Assembly (NCBI GenBank): GCA_964464475.1
Contig: CAYXGG010000002.1
Span: 93,455 to 157,454 of the forward strand
Direction: 5' to 3'
From: an uncultured Planctomycetales bacterium
Lineage (GTDB): Bacteria; Omnitrophota; Gorgyraeia; Zapsychrales; JAHFFX01
DNA length: 64,000 nt
Shown: positions 20,395 to 29,901 of the stretch, piece by piece
Layout: each line of letters begins with the position of its first letter
Numbering within the stretch: position 1 is the stretch's first letter
The notes under the pieces: model-generated
Told to the model about the DNA's origin: nothing
The model's input: the letters and a program-made list of their open reading frames with translations, nothing else
The model's database searches: none
Made by a program: the position numbers and the translations under genes

Positions 20395-21925
20395 AATAAT
20401 TTTTCTGGAAAAACAACTCCCCTTTCCTGACCTTTTCCGCGTAAGCGAGCGCCGCCCCAAATAGACTCCAAGAGGGAATCGCGTAATAGGGTAGTTCCCA
20501 GACTACCAACGAATTAGCCATGCCCCACCAGTACAAAACAATCGCGATAAACAAACACCCCGCCAACGAGCGCGCTTGAATCACGTTGATCATCATGCGA
20601 CCTAATAAAGCCACTAAAACGGCGATTAGTATAACACCGACCAGACCCGCGCGGTACAGGATGTGTAAAAAGGAATTGTGTGGCGCGATCCAGCCGTCCC
20701 GCAGCCATTCTGAATCACCCCAGCCTAAAATTTCCAAAGAAATCGACCGCTGTGGGTGACCAAAAGAAAAACCACCCCAGGCTTGCTGGTCTTTTAATTC
20801 TCGCAGCATGTCTCGCCAAACAAAAAGTCTAAACAACGTATTAATGTGCGTGGTGGCTAAGGACCTTTGCCCTTGTTTGACGTCCACTTCGCCCAAATCT
20901 ACTTTTTTCCCCTGCCCCAAATTAATAACAAAGGGATTAGGGGCCGCAGTGACCTGCCCCGCCGGGCTCTCCGTGACAGCAAATCTACGTCGAGCAATAT
21001 TAATATAGTTATCGTTGTAGCGACGCATTTGAGCATCCCGTTCATCCTTGTCCCGAGGACTATACGATTGCGTGGGGATATCACGCGGAGCATAATTTTC
21101 TTTCCCCATCGCAACTTGTAAGTCATACTCGGTAAAAAGCGTCTGGATAGTACGCCAGGAGGTAATAGCCTTCATCGCGCTTATATCATTAAATCGCTTA
21201 AGCCCTCCGCCAATTAAAACAACCAATAGGAGCGCCAGCAGCGCCCAAAGCCTCTTAGACCGGGAGGTCAACACCTGCAAACAAAAATACATGGCCAGCC
21301 ACGCCCCTACCAAAAGTAATCCGAGCAAATGAGATCGGCTTCCCGGCAAAAGCCACTGCCATTGCCAAGATAAACCCAACATTATCAGCATCAGGATCCC
21401 TTTCATAAAAGGATTCTTTGTTAACAAAACCCAAATGGCCAACAAAAACACATAAGTTAACCGGAAATAACCATCAACCGTGGCCCACGCGATGGCCCCA
21501 CTTAAAGCCAAAATCAATGCTACCCCCAACCACGACCAGGACTGCGATTGTCGAACAAAAACAAAAGCAAAAACGGCGACAAAAATATAGTAAAACAACG
21601 CCGCGTTACGCAAAGCCAGCACGCCTCCCGTCGCGTAACCACTCAGCGCTTTGGCCGCTATCCAAACCGCAAAAATGCCCAACAACCATTTCTGACGACG
21701 GGAGAAAAGGTCCTCACGAAAGAAACAAGGTAAGGCCAGCAGTGCGCAACAAAAAAGTAGGATCTCTCCAATAAAAACAGGAAAGGGCAGGCCGGGAAAT
21801 TCTAAATGCAATTCCGCGAAATTTACTTTCGCGACAGACGCGCCAAATCCATAGAAAGCCAACAGCGCTAACCCCAGCCGGTTTAAGTGTAGCTGCAGCT
21901 GCGAATTCTTAGGATTAGGCATCAA
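20381..21925 (-). CDS. Wzy_C/O-antigen-ligase-domain membrane protein with large periplasmic loop
   Basis: Multi-TM N-terminal half, a hydrophilic domain of about 170 aa, then WIAPHNSFLHILYRAGLVGVILIAVL, a Wzy_C-type motif. Confidence 0.6.
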   Translation of the reverse strand: MMPNPKNSQLQLHLNRLGLALLAFYGFGASVAKVNFAELHLEFPGLPFPVFIGEILLFCCALLALPCFFREDLFSRRQKWLLGIFAVWIAAKALSGYATGGVLALRNAALFYYIFVAVFAFVFVRQSQSWSWLGVALILALSGAIAWATVDGYFRLTYVFLLAIWVLLTKNPFMKGILMLIMLGLSWQWQWLLPGSRSHLLGLLLVGAWLAMYFCLQVLTSRSKRLWALLALLLVVLIGGGLKRFNDISAMKAITSWRTIQTLFTEYDLQVAMGKENYAPRDIPTQSYSPRDKDERDAQMRRYNDNYINIARRRFAVTESPAGQVTAAPNPFVINLGQGKKVDLGEVDVKQGQRSLATTHINTLFRLFVWRDMLRELKDQQAWGGFSFGHPQRSISLEILGWGDSEWLRDGWIAPHNSFLHILYRAGLVGVILIAVLVALLGRMMINVIQARSLAGCLFIAIVLYWWGMANSLVVWELPYYAIPSWSLFGAALAYAEKVRKGELFFQKNYYEHT

Positions 21926-23438
21926 CGGTCTCTGAATTGGCGGGGTTATTCAACCTGGCGGGCATTTTCCGAAAATAAGCGAACAAAAATCCCAACAAGC
22001 TCCAAAAAGGTATGGCTGTATAAGGAACTTCCAAAAATAAAGAAAACGAAGCTAAACCGATCCAATAGCAAAGAATGGCCAGCAACAATCCACCGGTAAA
22101 TGACCGTGCGGCAAGAAAGCCGCTCGTTAATTTTATTAACGCGACCATCAACACGCCGATCAATCCAATCCCCACCCAACCCGCGCGATAGACCATGTGA
22201 AAAAATGAATTATGCGGCACAATCCATCCGGCATCAATGATTTCACGGACATTCCAACCCAAGATTTCCAGTGATTTTGATCGCTGCGGGATACCCCAGT
22301 TTATTCCCCACCAAGCCCGCTCTTTTAAAAGGTCTCGCCACATGTCGCGCCAGATAAAAACTCTATAGAGGGCGTTGATCTGCGCAGTATCTAACGAGCG
22401 CCAGTCCATTGAAGAATTAATCGTGGACAGCAACCGATTATCAAATTGTTTGTCATGGATATCTTGAGGATTAAGCCCCTGTAATTTAGAAAGGACAACC
22501 GCCTCCAACCCCTGACGAACAGCTCTCTCGTTATTAAGACGGACTTCCCCCTTAAGACGACCATCAAATTGATCCGGTGTGAAAACCTCGTATTGGACTG
22601 GTTCAAAAATGTAGTAGGCTTCACCTTCTCGGATAATCGTATCGTAATAAGTAAATTTTGCTTTAAGAGAATCCCACCGTGTAAACGAGTTAATGGCATT
22701 ACGGTCTGCGAATACCAGCACGCAAACCAAACCCGCCAATAGAAAAGCCAAACAGCCTCCCAGCTTCACCATTCTTTTCGCGCGCCACATGCCAAACAAG
22801 AAATACACCGAGAGAAAACTAAGCGTTAAAAAATAACCTATCATATGCGCGCGAGTGCCCGTGGAGAAACCTTTATACTTAAGCAGGATGGCTACTCCGT
22901 TAGCGATAAACGCGGCCCGAAAAACGGGCTGCCTCATCCGTAAGGCAATGGCCAACAGAACCAAAAAAGCCGGCAGCTGCGCGTAATCCTGCAGACATTT
23001 TCCCCACAACAACGCGGATACAATGACCGCGATCGCAAATAAAATAACATTAGACCTATCTTTATTTCTAAAAAATTCAAAAGCCAACAACACGAAAAAT
23101 GCGTAATAAAACAACGCTGCGTTGCGCAAGGCCAAAACGCCATAGGCCGAAACACCAGTCAGCGCCTTGATCATAAGCCAGACCCCAAAAACAACCCAAG
23201 CCCAATGCCAGAGTTGCCACGTTTCAGCCATAGCTAACCGGCGCCATAGCCACAACAGGAACAGTCCAAAGAGCAATAATTCTCCAACAAAAATGGGCAA
23301 GCCAATGGCGGCCACGTAAAAATGTTTTTCCGCGAATTGACTTTTTAAACACCAATAAAGACCGGTAAATACCAATAAGGTGATTCCAGCGATCCGGTTT
23401 AAAAGAATAGCTAGCGGATTGGGTAAAGCAGATTCCAT
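21915..23438 (-). CDS. Wzy_C/O-antigen-ligase-domain membrane protein (tandem paralog of 20381-21925)
   Basis: Same architecture as its neighbour: WIVPHNSFFHMVYRAGWVGIGLIGVL and a similar hydrophilic insert. Confidence 0.6.
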   Translation of the reverse strand: MESALPNPLAILLNRIAGITLLVFTGLYWCLKSQFAEKHFYVAAIGLPIFVGELLLFGLFLLWLWRRLAMAETWQLWHWAWVVFGVWLMIKALTGVSAYGVLALRNAALFYYAFFVLLAFEFFRNKDRSNVILFAIAVIVSALLWGKCLQDYAQLPAFLVLLAIALRMRQPVFRAAFIANGVAILLKYKGFSTGTRAHMIGYFLTLSFLSVYFLFGMWRAKRMVKLGGCLAFLLAGLVCVLVFADRNAINSFTRWDSLKAKFTYYDTIIREGEAYYIFEPVQYEVFTPDQFDGRLKGEVRLNNERAVRQGLEAVVLSKLQGLNPQDIHDKQFDNRLLSTINSSMDWRSLDTAQINALYRVFIWRDMWRDLLKERAWWGINWGIPQRSKSLEILGWNVREIIDAGWIVPHNSFFHMVYRAGWVGIGLIGVLMVALIKLTSGFLAARSFTGGLLLAILCYWIGLASFSLFLEVPYTAIPFWSLLGFLFAYFRKMPARLNNPANSETVDA

Positions 23439-23652
23439 GATGATTGACCTTTCAACGATAAAAGCTGGCCTGAAAAATTCTAATTCCTGGCCTTTTCCCT
23501 ACTAAAATCACTAGCGAAAAGGTCGATAGATTTCTCGAGATAGCTAAATGAGCGAACGCAGACTTGGATACCATCTTCTTAAAAAAAATCATTCCCTATC
23601 CAAAATAGATCGGTGCTCCGGGTGTATTTGGTCAATAGAAGGCCGCTGTTGA

Positions 23653-24780
23653 CTAACGAGCCGCGTTTAGTCCAGGAAAAGAAGATTTCATCAATTTGAA
23701 ACGAGTCGACATTTTCAGACCCATTTCATAGGCCAACGGTAAAGCTCCCAGACAAAATGAGCCCAAGAAAGACAAATAAAAAACCGTCTGAAACAATTTA
23801 CCCGAGCCGAATTCCTTCTGATGTTCTCGGGCCAACTGCCGAACCGCTGGCAATTCTTTTCGGGAAATTAACGCAAACAGCCTTTTGACATCCATCGTTT
23901 TTAAAGTCTTGCGACTCACCCGCTGGGCTCGTTCGACTTCTATTCCCCACTCCGGACGAACGTTTTGATAAATACGGCGCAAAAAATCTTTACCTTCCTT
24001 AAATTCCACCGCGGAAAGATTTTCTACCGCGTAAACGCATTTCCACAACAACTTCGCCGTCTCCAAACTGCAAGGCGCGGTGGTCAACCGCAGAATATTC
24101 TGGTGCATAATTTGCGACATTTCTTCTAGATCCCTTTGCCCCCGCGCCATAACGCTCTGCGACTGTTCATGAACTCGGATGGCAACACCCCACTCCGGAC
24201 GGGTCGTAATAAGAAATCCTCGCCGCACCAACTCAGACCATAATTCAAAATCCGCAGCGATACGGAATTTCTCGTTATAACCGCCCACCTCTTGAATGAT
24301 TTTCTTCTGCATCAGGCAACCGACATGATTAATAGGGGAAGCCACCAACGATCGCAGCACGATATCGCGAATGTCCTGTGGGGGTTTGAGCGGCTTTTTG
24401 ATTTTACCCTGTCCATTAATAATCACCGCCTGGCAGCTAACCACCGCATAATGCGGATTTTCATTAATAAAACTAATCTGCTTTTCCAGCCATCCGGGAA
24501 AAGCTAAATCATCCGCATCCATGCGGGCAATCCATCGCCCCTGCGCGTTGTGCAAACCAATATTCAAAGATTTGGTTTGTCCACAATTCACCTGATTCGT
24601 AATCACTCGAATGCGATCGTCTTTGAATGAGCGAATGACTTTTAACGTTGCGTCACTGCTCGCGTCGTTAACAATCAACAATTCAAAATCAGAATACGTT
24701 TGTTTTAACAGGCTGCGCAATGTATCCGGCAGATACTTGGCTCCGTTAAAAACCGTCATGAGAACCGTTAATTTACTCAT
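23653..24780 (-). CDS. glycosyltransferase family 2
   Basis: LTVLMTVFNGAKYL...DFELLIVNDASSD...ARMDADD gives the GT2 DxD and acceptor motifs. Confidence 0.85.
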   Translation of the reverse strand: MSKLTVLMTVFNGAKYLPDTLRSLLKQTYSDFELLIVNDASSDATLKVIRSFKDDRIRVITNQVNCGQTKSLNIGLHNAQGRWIARMDADDLAFPGWLEKQISFINENPHYAVVSCQAVIINGQGKIKKPLKPPQDIRDIVLRSLVASPINHVGCLMQKKIIQEVGGYNEKFRIAADFELWSELVRRGFLITTRPEWGVAIRVHEQSQSVMARGQRDLEEMSQIMHQNILRLTTAPCSLETAKLLWKCVYAVENLSAVEFKEGKDFLRRIYQNVRPEWGIEVERAQRVSRKTLKTMDVKRLFALISRKELPAVRQLAREHQKEFGSGKLFQTVFYLSFLGSFCLGALPLAYEMGLKMSTRFKLMKSSFPGLNAAR

Positions 24781-24922
24781 TGTGACTCCTTACTGGCCTT
24801 TTCTCTTCCAACAATTGTAAAGGAAGCCAGCCCGCCTGCCGGCGAGGCAGGTATTAGACCTTTCTTCTCTTCGAGAAAAGGCGGTATTGACTACCTCAAA
24901 TTAATCATTAGTAGTAGAAAGG

Positions 24923-25606
24923 TCAATAACCAAGTTGTTCGACAAAAGGCGCAATCGTTGGGGCGCACAAACTTCCCACCCAAAAATTGAATTTACGACG
25001 CTGTCCGGGGAAGTATTTGCCGCTGTCCAACAATCGCCCGTGAGGGTATTGCGCCAAATTAACCCGATAATGATCTTTCTGTGCGTCATGCAGGAAAACG
25101 ACTCCCTCCGGCCGCAAGCATCTGAGAGCCACTTCCAAACACCGACGGCGAAAACGCGCATCAACAAATATCAAATCGTATTTCTTGCCCAGCTTACTAG
25201 GCAATTCAATATAATCCTGTTCTTCTTTTTGCGTAGGCGCAAATTCTCCGCAACGAGGAGCCGCCTCCCAACGCCAATGCGGCTTTTCAAAACAAGGTCG
25301 AAAAGGAAATACGTGTAACGACACGTGTTTGGCTAGTCCCGATTGATCAATGAGCTGGTGAACCCGATGATACCAATCGAGGTTATTATCCACGGAATCC
25401 CAACTAAACTGAATACCTTTCTTGCTTAAAAATTTGGCAAAGTACAACGTTGAATAGCCCGACCCATATTCAAAAACATTCAGCTGTCCGCGTTGTGATA
25501 ATTTCAGTAATAACGTCTTGAAAGCATTTCTCTCGACCGCCGTCATTGCGGGTAGACGCAACCAAGAATGCAGTTTCATGATCATATCTAAACCGGATAA
25601 ATTCAT
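24923..25606 (-). CDS. class I SAM-dependent methyltransferase (CmcI/TylF-type, Methyltransf_24-like)
   Basis: VFEYGSGYST glycine-rich motif and LIFVDA...FLHDAQ. Confidence 0.55.
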   Translation of the reverse strand: MNLSGLDMIMKLHSWLRLPAMTAVERNAFKTLLLKLSQRGQLNVFEYGSGYSTLYFAKFLSKKGIQFSWDSVDNNLDWYHRVHQLIDQSGLAKHVSLHVFPFRPCFEKPHWRWEAAPRCGEFAPTQKEEQDYIELPSKLGKKYDLIFVDARFRRRCLEVALRCLRPEGVVFLHDAQKDHYRVNLAQYPHGRLLDSGKYFPGQRRKFNFWVGSLCAPTIAPFVEQLGY

Positions 25607-26535
25607 GAGAGCGTTCGCAAATAACGAAGTAGATTTTGAGTCGCCTGAATTTCCATTTCTAATCTAGATTCGGCCGTTAGCGTCGCGATATGTGGCGTTA
25701 AGACCACGTTGGCACAATCGGTCAATTTTCCGGAATACGGTTCACTGGGAAAAACATCCAGCGCCGCACCGGCCAAATGACCGTTGTTCAATAATTCCAC
25801 TAAAGCATCTTCATCAATTTGGTGACCACGGGAGACATTAATCACGTAAGCACCTTTTGGGAGACGGGACAATTGCGCGCGACTCAACTTCCAAGGACGT
25901 TGCGGATCATCAGCCACATGCAACGAGATAACTTGAGAAGATTTCAATAATTGAGGCAGCGTCAGCATCGTTACGCCATTCTTTCTGGCCCAAGTGAGAT
26001 CCGCTTTCGGATCAAAACCACTGACCTTCGCTTCTAATTTGACCAACATTTCCGCCACCTTGCGCCCAATGCGCCCCAAACCGACAATGCCAATCGGCTT
26101 ACCTTTTAAAAGAGAGCCGCCTTCTTTCTTCCATTCGCGTCGCTTCATCCAAGTCGTATGCAACGACAATCGACGCAACACGTCAAAGATCATCCCGATC
26201 GTCATTTCCGCCACGGGCTGAACAACGACCTCAGGTGTATTAAAAATTTTGATACCTTTTCGGGAACACCATGACGCATCAATATTATCCACACCAACAC
26301 CACAGCGACTTAAGCATCGCAATTGGGATAATTGGCTTAATACTGTCGCGTCATAAATTTCCACGCCAGCAATGATTCCCGCACAATTGCGACCCAAATC
26401 CAGAATCTGAGTTGATGTCAGCCTCTTACCGGTTGAATTTAAGGTAAAAGAAAAACCGCTTTTCTTCAGCAGTTTTAAAGGTTCCTGCCCGTACTCCGCG
26501 AAAGTTGATAAAGCGACCAGAACCTGTGGTTTCAT
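25603..26535 (-). CDS. D-isomer-specific 2-hydroxyacid dehydrogenase
   Basis: GIVGLGRIGRKVAEM NAD-binding motif and a catalytic R/E/H-region pattern. Confidence 0.85.
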   Translation of the reverse strand: MKPQVLVALSTFAEYGQEPLKLLKKSGFSFTLNSTGKRLTSTQILDLGRNCAGIIAGVEIYDATVLSQLSQLRCLSRCGVGVDNIDASWCSRKGIKIFNTPEVVVQPVAEMTIGMIFDVLRRLSLHTTWMKRREWKKEGGSLLKGKPIGIVGLGRIGRKVAEMLVKLEAKVSGFDPKADLTWARKNGVTMLTLPQLLKSSQVISLHVADDPQRPWKLSRAQLSRLPKGAYVINVSRGHQIDEDALVELLNNGHLAGAALDVFPSEPYSGKLTDCANVVLTPHIATLTAESRLEMEIQATQNLLRYLRTLS

Positions 26536-27305
26536 GCGCGTAAAATGCTCTCGTATAATTTCTTTTGCCTACCGTCTTTTGCCAGCGCCGCTTCAATCTT
26601 GGCGACATCTCCGGGGTTATCAACGCCAATGGTCTTCTGATCATAAATCACGCCGCGGATCGAAAAACCATGCTCCAGAATTCGCAACAAATCTATCGAC
26701 TCCGAAATTTCAAGCGGTGTCGGAGTTAATTTTGAAAATTGATGAATAAATTCTTTGGAAAACGCCGCCAGGCCGGTCTGCCGATAAAAAACTGGCCGAA
26801 TTTTGGTCCGCACATAAGGAATCGGCGAGCGAGAAAAATACAGAACATCCTGTCGTGCGTTAATAACCGCCTTGACCACGTTGATATCAGGAACATCTTC
26901 CTCATCCTTGATGGTGGACAATAAATTCGTACATCTAATAGCCGAATCCGCCAGCATAGGTGCTACGAGCTGGTTAATGACTTGCGGCTCAAAAAGTGGT
27001 TCATCCCCCTGGACGATGACCACAATATCCGCCGACAAATTTTGCGCGGCTTCCTCTACCCGGTCGGTACAACGTTCATGAGTGTCCGCCGTCATCACCG
27101 CCCGACCACCAAAACTTTTGACGGTCTTCACAATGGCGTCATCGCAAGTCGCCACAATCACGTCATCCAATAGTTCGCATAACGCGACCCGTCGCCTCAC
27201 ATGTTCAATCATGGGAAGATCCAAAATCTTAACTAAAGGCTTCCCCGGAAAACGCGAAGCCGCCATGCGCGCGGGAATCACCGCTACAATTCGCTTCTTA
27301 TTCAT
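26532..27305 (-). CDS. KdsB-like 3-deoxy-ulosonate cytidylyltransferase (CMP-sugar synthetase)
   Basis: IVAVIPARMAASRFPGKPL is the KdsB/CMP-Kdo synthetase N-terminal signature; 257 aa. Confidence 0.8.
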   Translation of the reverse strand: MNKKRIVAVIPARMAASRFPGKPLVKILDLPMIEHVRRRVALCELLDDVIVATCDDAIVKTVKSFGGRAVMTADTHERCTDRVEEAAQNLSADIVVIVQGDEPLFEPQVINQLVAPMLADSAIRCTNLLSTIKDEEDVPDINVVKAVINARQDVLYFSRSPIPYVRTKIRPVFYRQTGLAAFSKEFIHQFSKLTPTPLEISESIDLLRILEHGFSIRGVIYDQKTIGVDNPGDVAKIEAALAKDGRQKKLYESILRA

Positions 27306-28264
27306 TGATCACCATCACTTATTCTTTGATTCCTTAATGTTAATTCAGAAATAACAACACCCAATCGCTGCAGAGACTGATAAGCCATCTGACGAACGCC
27401 ATAAACATCCCAAACACTTTTTCCTGCAGAAGAAATCACTTGTTCAGTATGCGTACTCGTATCCATTAATAGTTTCTTTAGATTCCGGACGCTTTCTTCC
27501 CCAGGATAACTAGCCAAAAGCTGTGCTGCTAGAATCCGATCTTCGTATTTTTCAGAACCACTTAATACTTGGGCCTTCTGTAAGTATTCCTTATCCGCAG
27601 GGACAATAAGAAAACAGGAGCTACCACTCCATAAAACCCGATAAGCCTCCGAATCTTCAGGAACTCTTAATGTCACGGCACCATTGGGCGTCCTTCCAAA
27701 GCCAAGGGCAATCTCTGGATGACTCACTTGAGGCAAAACATGATCAGCAGCATTCAGACTACTTAAACGTGCTTTGACTGCCGATAAAATCACGTCAGCC
27801 ATTTTAGGAGTAGTCATGTTTGCCAATACGGGTGGGCGGTCAAAAGTTTCTATATTAACCGGAACATACGGATAGCCGTCATACAAAACCCATTTCTGAC
27901 TAAAGTCTGTTCCGTAATAATCTTTACTGCCTCGTTTCAAGAAAAACAATCGCTCCTGTTGATCTGTTTTCCAAAGTTCAGCCGATTCAAAACCCACATT
28001 GTCCCAGAGCCAAGTTAAAGTGGGTTGATTGATATCACCTTTTAATACTTCCTGAATTTGCACCATCACTTCCTGAGTGCTCCACAGGGGCTGCTGAGGA
28101 ACCAATCCCGAGCTCGTTTTCACATCGACAACGACACCACGAATAATGACCGGGGCCTCCACCGTCATCCATTCAAGACTTTTACCAACATGGATCTCCG
28201 CACAAGCTGATGAATTTATCTCCAAAATGATCAACGCGATGATGGCGAATACTTTATTTTTCAT
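27302..28264 (-). CDS. hypothetical secreted protein
   Basis: Signal peptide MKNKVFAIIALIILEINSSACA; no recognisable domain. Confidence 0.5.
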   Translation of the reverse strand: MKNKVFAIIALIILEINSSACAEIHVGKSLEWMTVEAPVIIRGVVVDVKTSSGLVPQQPLWSTQEVMVQIQEVLKGDINQPTLTWLWDNVGFESAELWKTDQQERLFFLKRGSKDYYGTDFSQKWVLYDGYPYVPVNIETFDRPPVLANMTTPKMADVILSAVKARLSSLNAADHVLPQVSHPEIALGFGRTPNGAVTLRVPEDSEAYRVLWSGSSCFLIVPADKEYLQKAQVLSGSEKYEDRILAAQLLASYPGEESVRNLKKLLMDTSTHTEQVISSAGKSVWDVYGVRQMAYQSLQRLGVVISELTLRNQRISDGDQ

Positions 28265-28295
28265 TAAGGACTAAACTTATTCCTCTGGTCACTAT

Positions 28296-29054
28296 TTATT
28301 GTGGTAATACGCCGCAGTCTACATTAATGGATTGACCGGTGATCGCACTGGCCGCATCAGACGCTAGAAACAAACAGGTTTGCGCAACTTCCGTCGCCAA
28401 CGGCAACCGTAACAAAGCGCTTTGGGACAACGCGAAATCTTTTAAATACGAATCAACATTTCTTCCTCGAGCGGGAGACGCTTTCGCTTTTAAAGCCGAT
28501 TTTAGTCCCGCCGTTTCCACATAGACAGGACACACCGCATTGACCCGAATTCCTTTGGGTCCCAATTCCTTGGCCAGGGCCTGAGTTAATCCCACCACGC
28601 CAAATTTGGATGCGCAGTAAGCGCTATTATGCGCTGAGCCGCGCTTTCCGGCCAAACTAGCCAGATTAATCAGAGAACCGCCTTCTTTGAGGTGAGCGGC
28701 GGCCGCTTTACATCCCCATAACGTTCCCTTCAAATTAGTATCCAGCAGATCGGTCAACAGCTGATCACTGATGTCCGCGAGCGCTGCCCACTGCGAGAAA
28801 CCCGCGCAATTCACATAAACATCCAGGCGTCCGGTTTTCTTCATCGCCAGTTGAACCAATTTTAAATGATCTTTTTCATATCGAACATCCATGGCCAAAC
28901 TGACACATTGTTTTTCCGATCTGATGGGCACCCCTTTAACTTGACGGGCGCCCACGACCACAAAATAACCCGCTTGCACAAAAGCTTGCGTCACGGCCGC
29001 GCCAATCCCTTGCGTTCCACCTGTAATGACAGCGGTTTTCATATCCTTTGACAT
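28296..29054 (-). CDS. SDR-family oxidoreductase
   Basis: TAVITGGTQGIG and YCASKFGV (YxxxK). Confidence 0.85.
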   Translation of the reverse strand: MSKDMKTAVITGGTQGIGAAVTQAFVQAGYFVVVGARQVKGVPIRSEKQCVSLAMDVRYEKDHLKLVQLAMKKTGRLDVYVNCAGFSQWAALADISDQLLTDLLDTNLKGTLWGCKAAAAHLKEGGSLINLASLAGKRGSAHNSAYCASKFGVVGLTQALAKELGPKGIRVNAVCPVYVETAGLKSALKAKASPARGRNVDSYLKDFALSQSALLRLPLATEVAQTCLFLASDAASAITGQSINVDCGVLPQ

Positions 29055-29118
29055 CGGTTAGCAAATCATTTCGTTTTGAATTTCAGAATTATTTAGAATT
29101 TCTTATCTTCATTTTCTT

Positions 29119-29901
29119 TTAAATAGACATACACGTAAACCCGCCATCCACCGGAACTTCCGCCCCCGTGACGAATCCGGAAGCATCTGAACATAACCAA
29201 ATAACCGTGCTGACCAACTCCTCCGGCTTGCCAAAACGCCCCATGGGGGTATGGTTAAGAATCGCCCGTTGGCGATCCGGTGTAATAAAATTCCTCATGC
29301 TCCATTCCGTGGGAAAAAATCCTGGGCGCAACGCGTTGACTCGGACATTAAACGGGGCCCATTCTCGAGCCAAATTCTCGGTTAAGTTTTTGACGCCCGC
29401 TTTCGCGACCGAATAGGAAAAAGCCTTCGGCAAAGGCGGACCCGAGGAAACCGAAGAAAGATTAATAATACAGCCCCTTTTTCTTTTCACCATATACTCA
29501 CCAAAAACCTGACAGCCCAAAAAAGTGGCTTTGACATGACTATCCAGAATAGCCGTCCACTCTTCTTCGGTAATCTTAAAAAAAGGCGTGGGCGCGTTAA
29601 TTCCCGCACCATTAATCAGAATATCCACCCTGCCTAATTCCGCCAAGATCGCCCGCAACGCCATCTCATGATACTCTTTACGCGTCACATCGATCACAAA
29701 AGTCATGACCTTGACGCCAGTTTTTCGTCGGATGACTTTGGCAATCTGAGTCATGGTCTTTTCGTTACGGTCTAAAATCGCGATGTCCGCTCCCGATCGC
29801 GCCAAGGCCAGCGCCATTTGACTACATAAATACCCTCCGCCTCCGATCACCACCGCGACCTTATTTTTGAGCTGAAACATTTTAGATAAAAATTGATTCA
29901 C
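29119..29901 (-). CDS. SDR-family oxidoreductase
   Basis: VAVVIGGGGYL and YSVAKAGV. Confidence 0.85.
   Translation of the reverse strand: MNQFLSKMFQLKNKVAVVIGGGGYLCSQMALALARSGADIAILDRNEKTMTQIAKVIRRKTGVKVMTFVIDVTRKEYHEMALRAILAELGRVDILINGAGINAPTPFFKITEEEWTAILDSHVKATFLGCQVFGEYMVKRKRGCIINLSSVSSGPPLPKAFSYSVAKAGVKNLTENLAREWAPFNVRVNALRPGFFPTEWSMRNFITPDRQRAILNHTPMGRFGKPEELVSTVIWLCSDASGFVTGAEVPVDGGFTCMSI

Noticed and set aside
23439-23652. 214-nt intergenic region between the GT2 and Wzy_C genes, checked for a terminator/promoter or tRNA
   Set aside because: It contains only direct CTGGCC repeats and a TTGACC without a properly spaced -10. There is no convincing hairpin plus U-tract and no tRNA-like T-loop sequence.
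24781-24922. Small hairpin CCTGCC-GGCGA-GGCAGG downstream of the methyltransferase gene as a terminator
   Set aside because: The stem is only 6 bp and is not followed by a U-tract on the transcribed (minus) strand.
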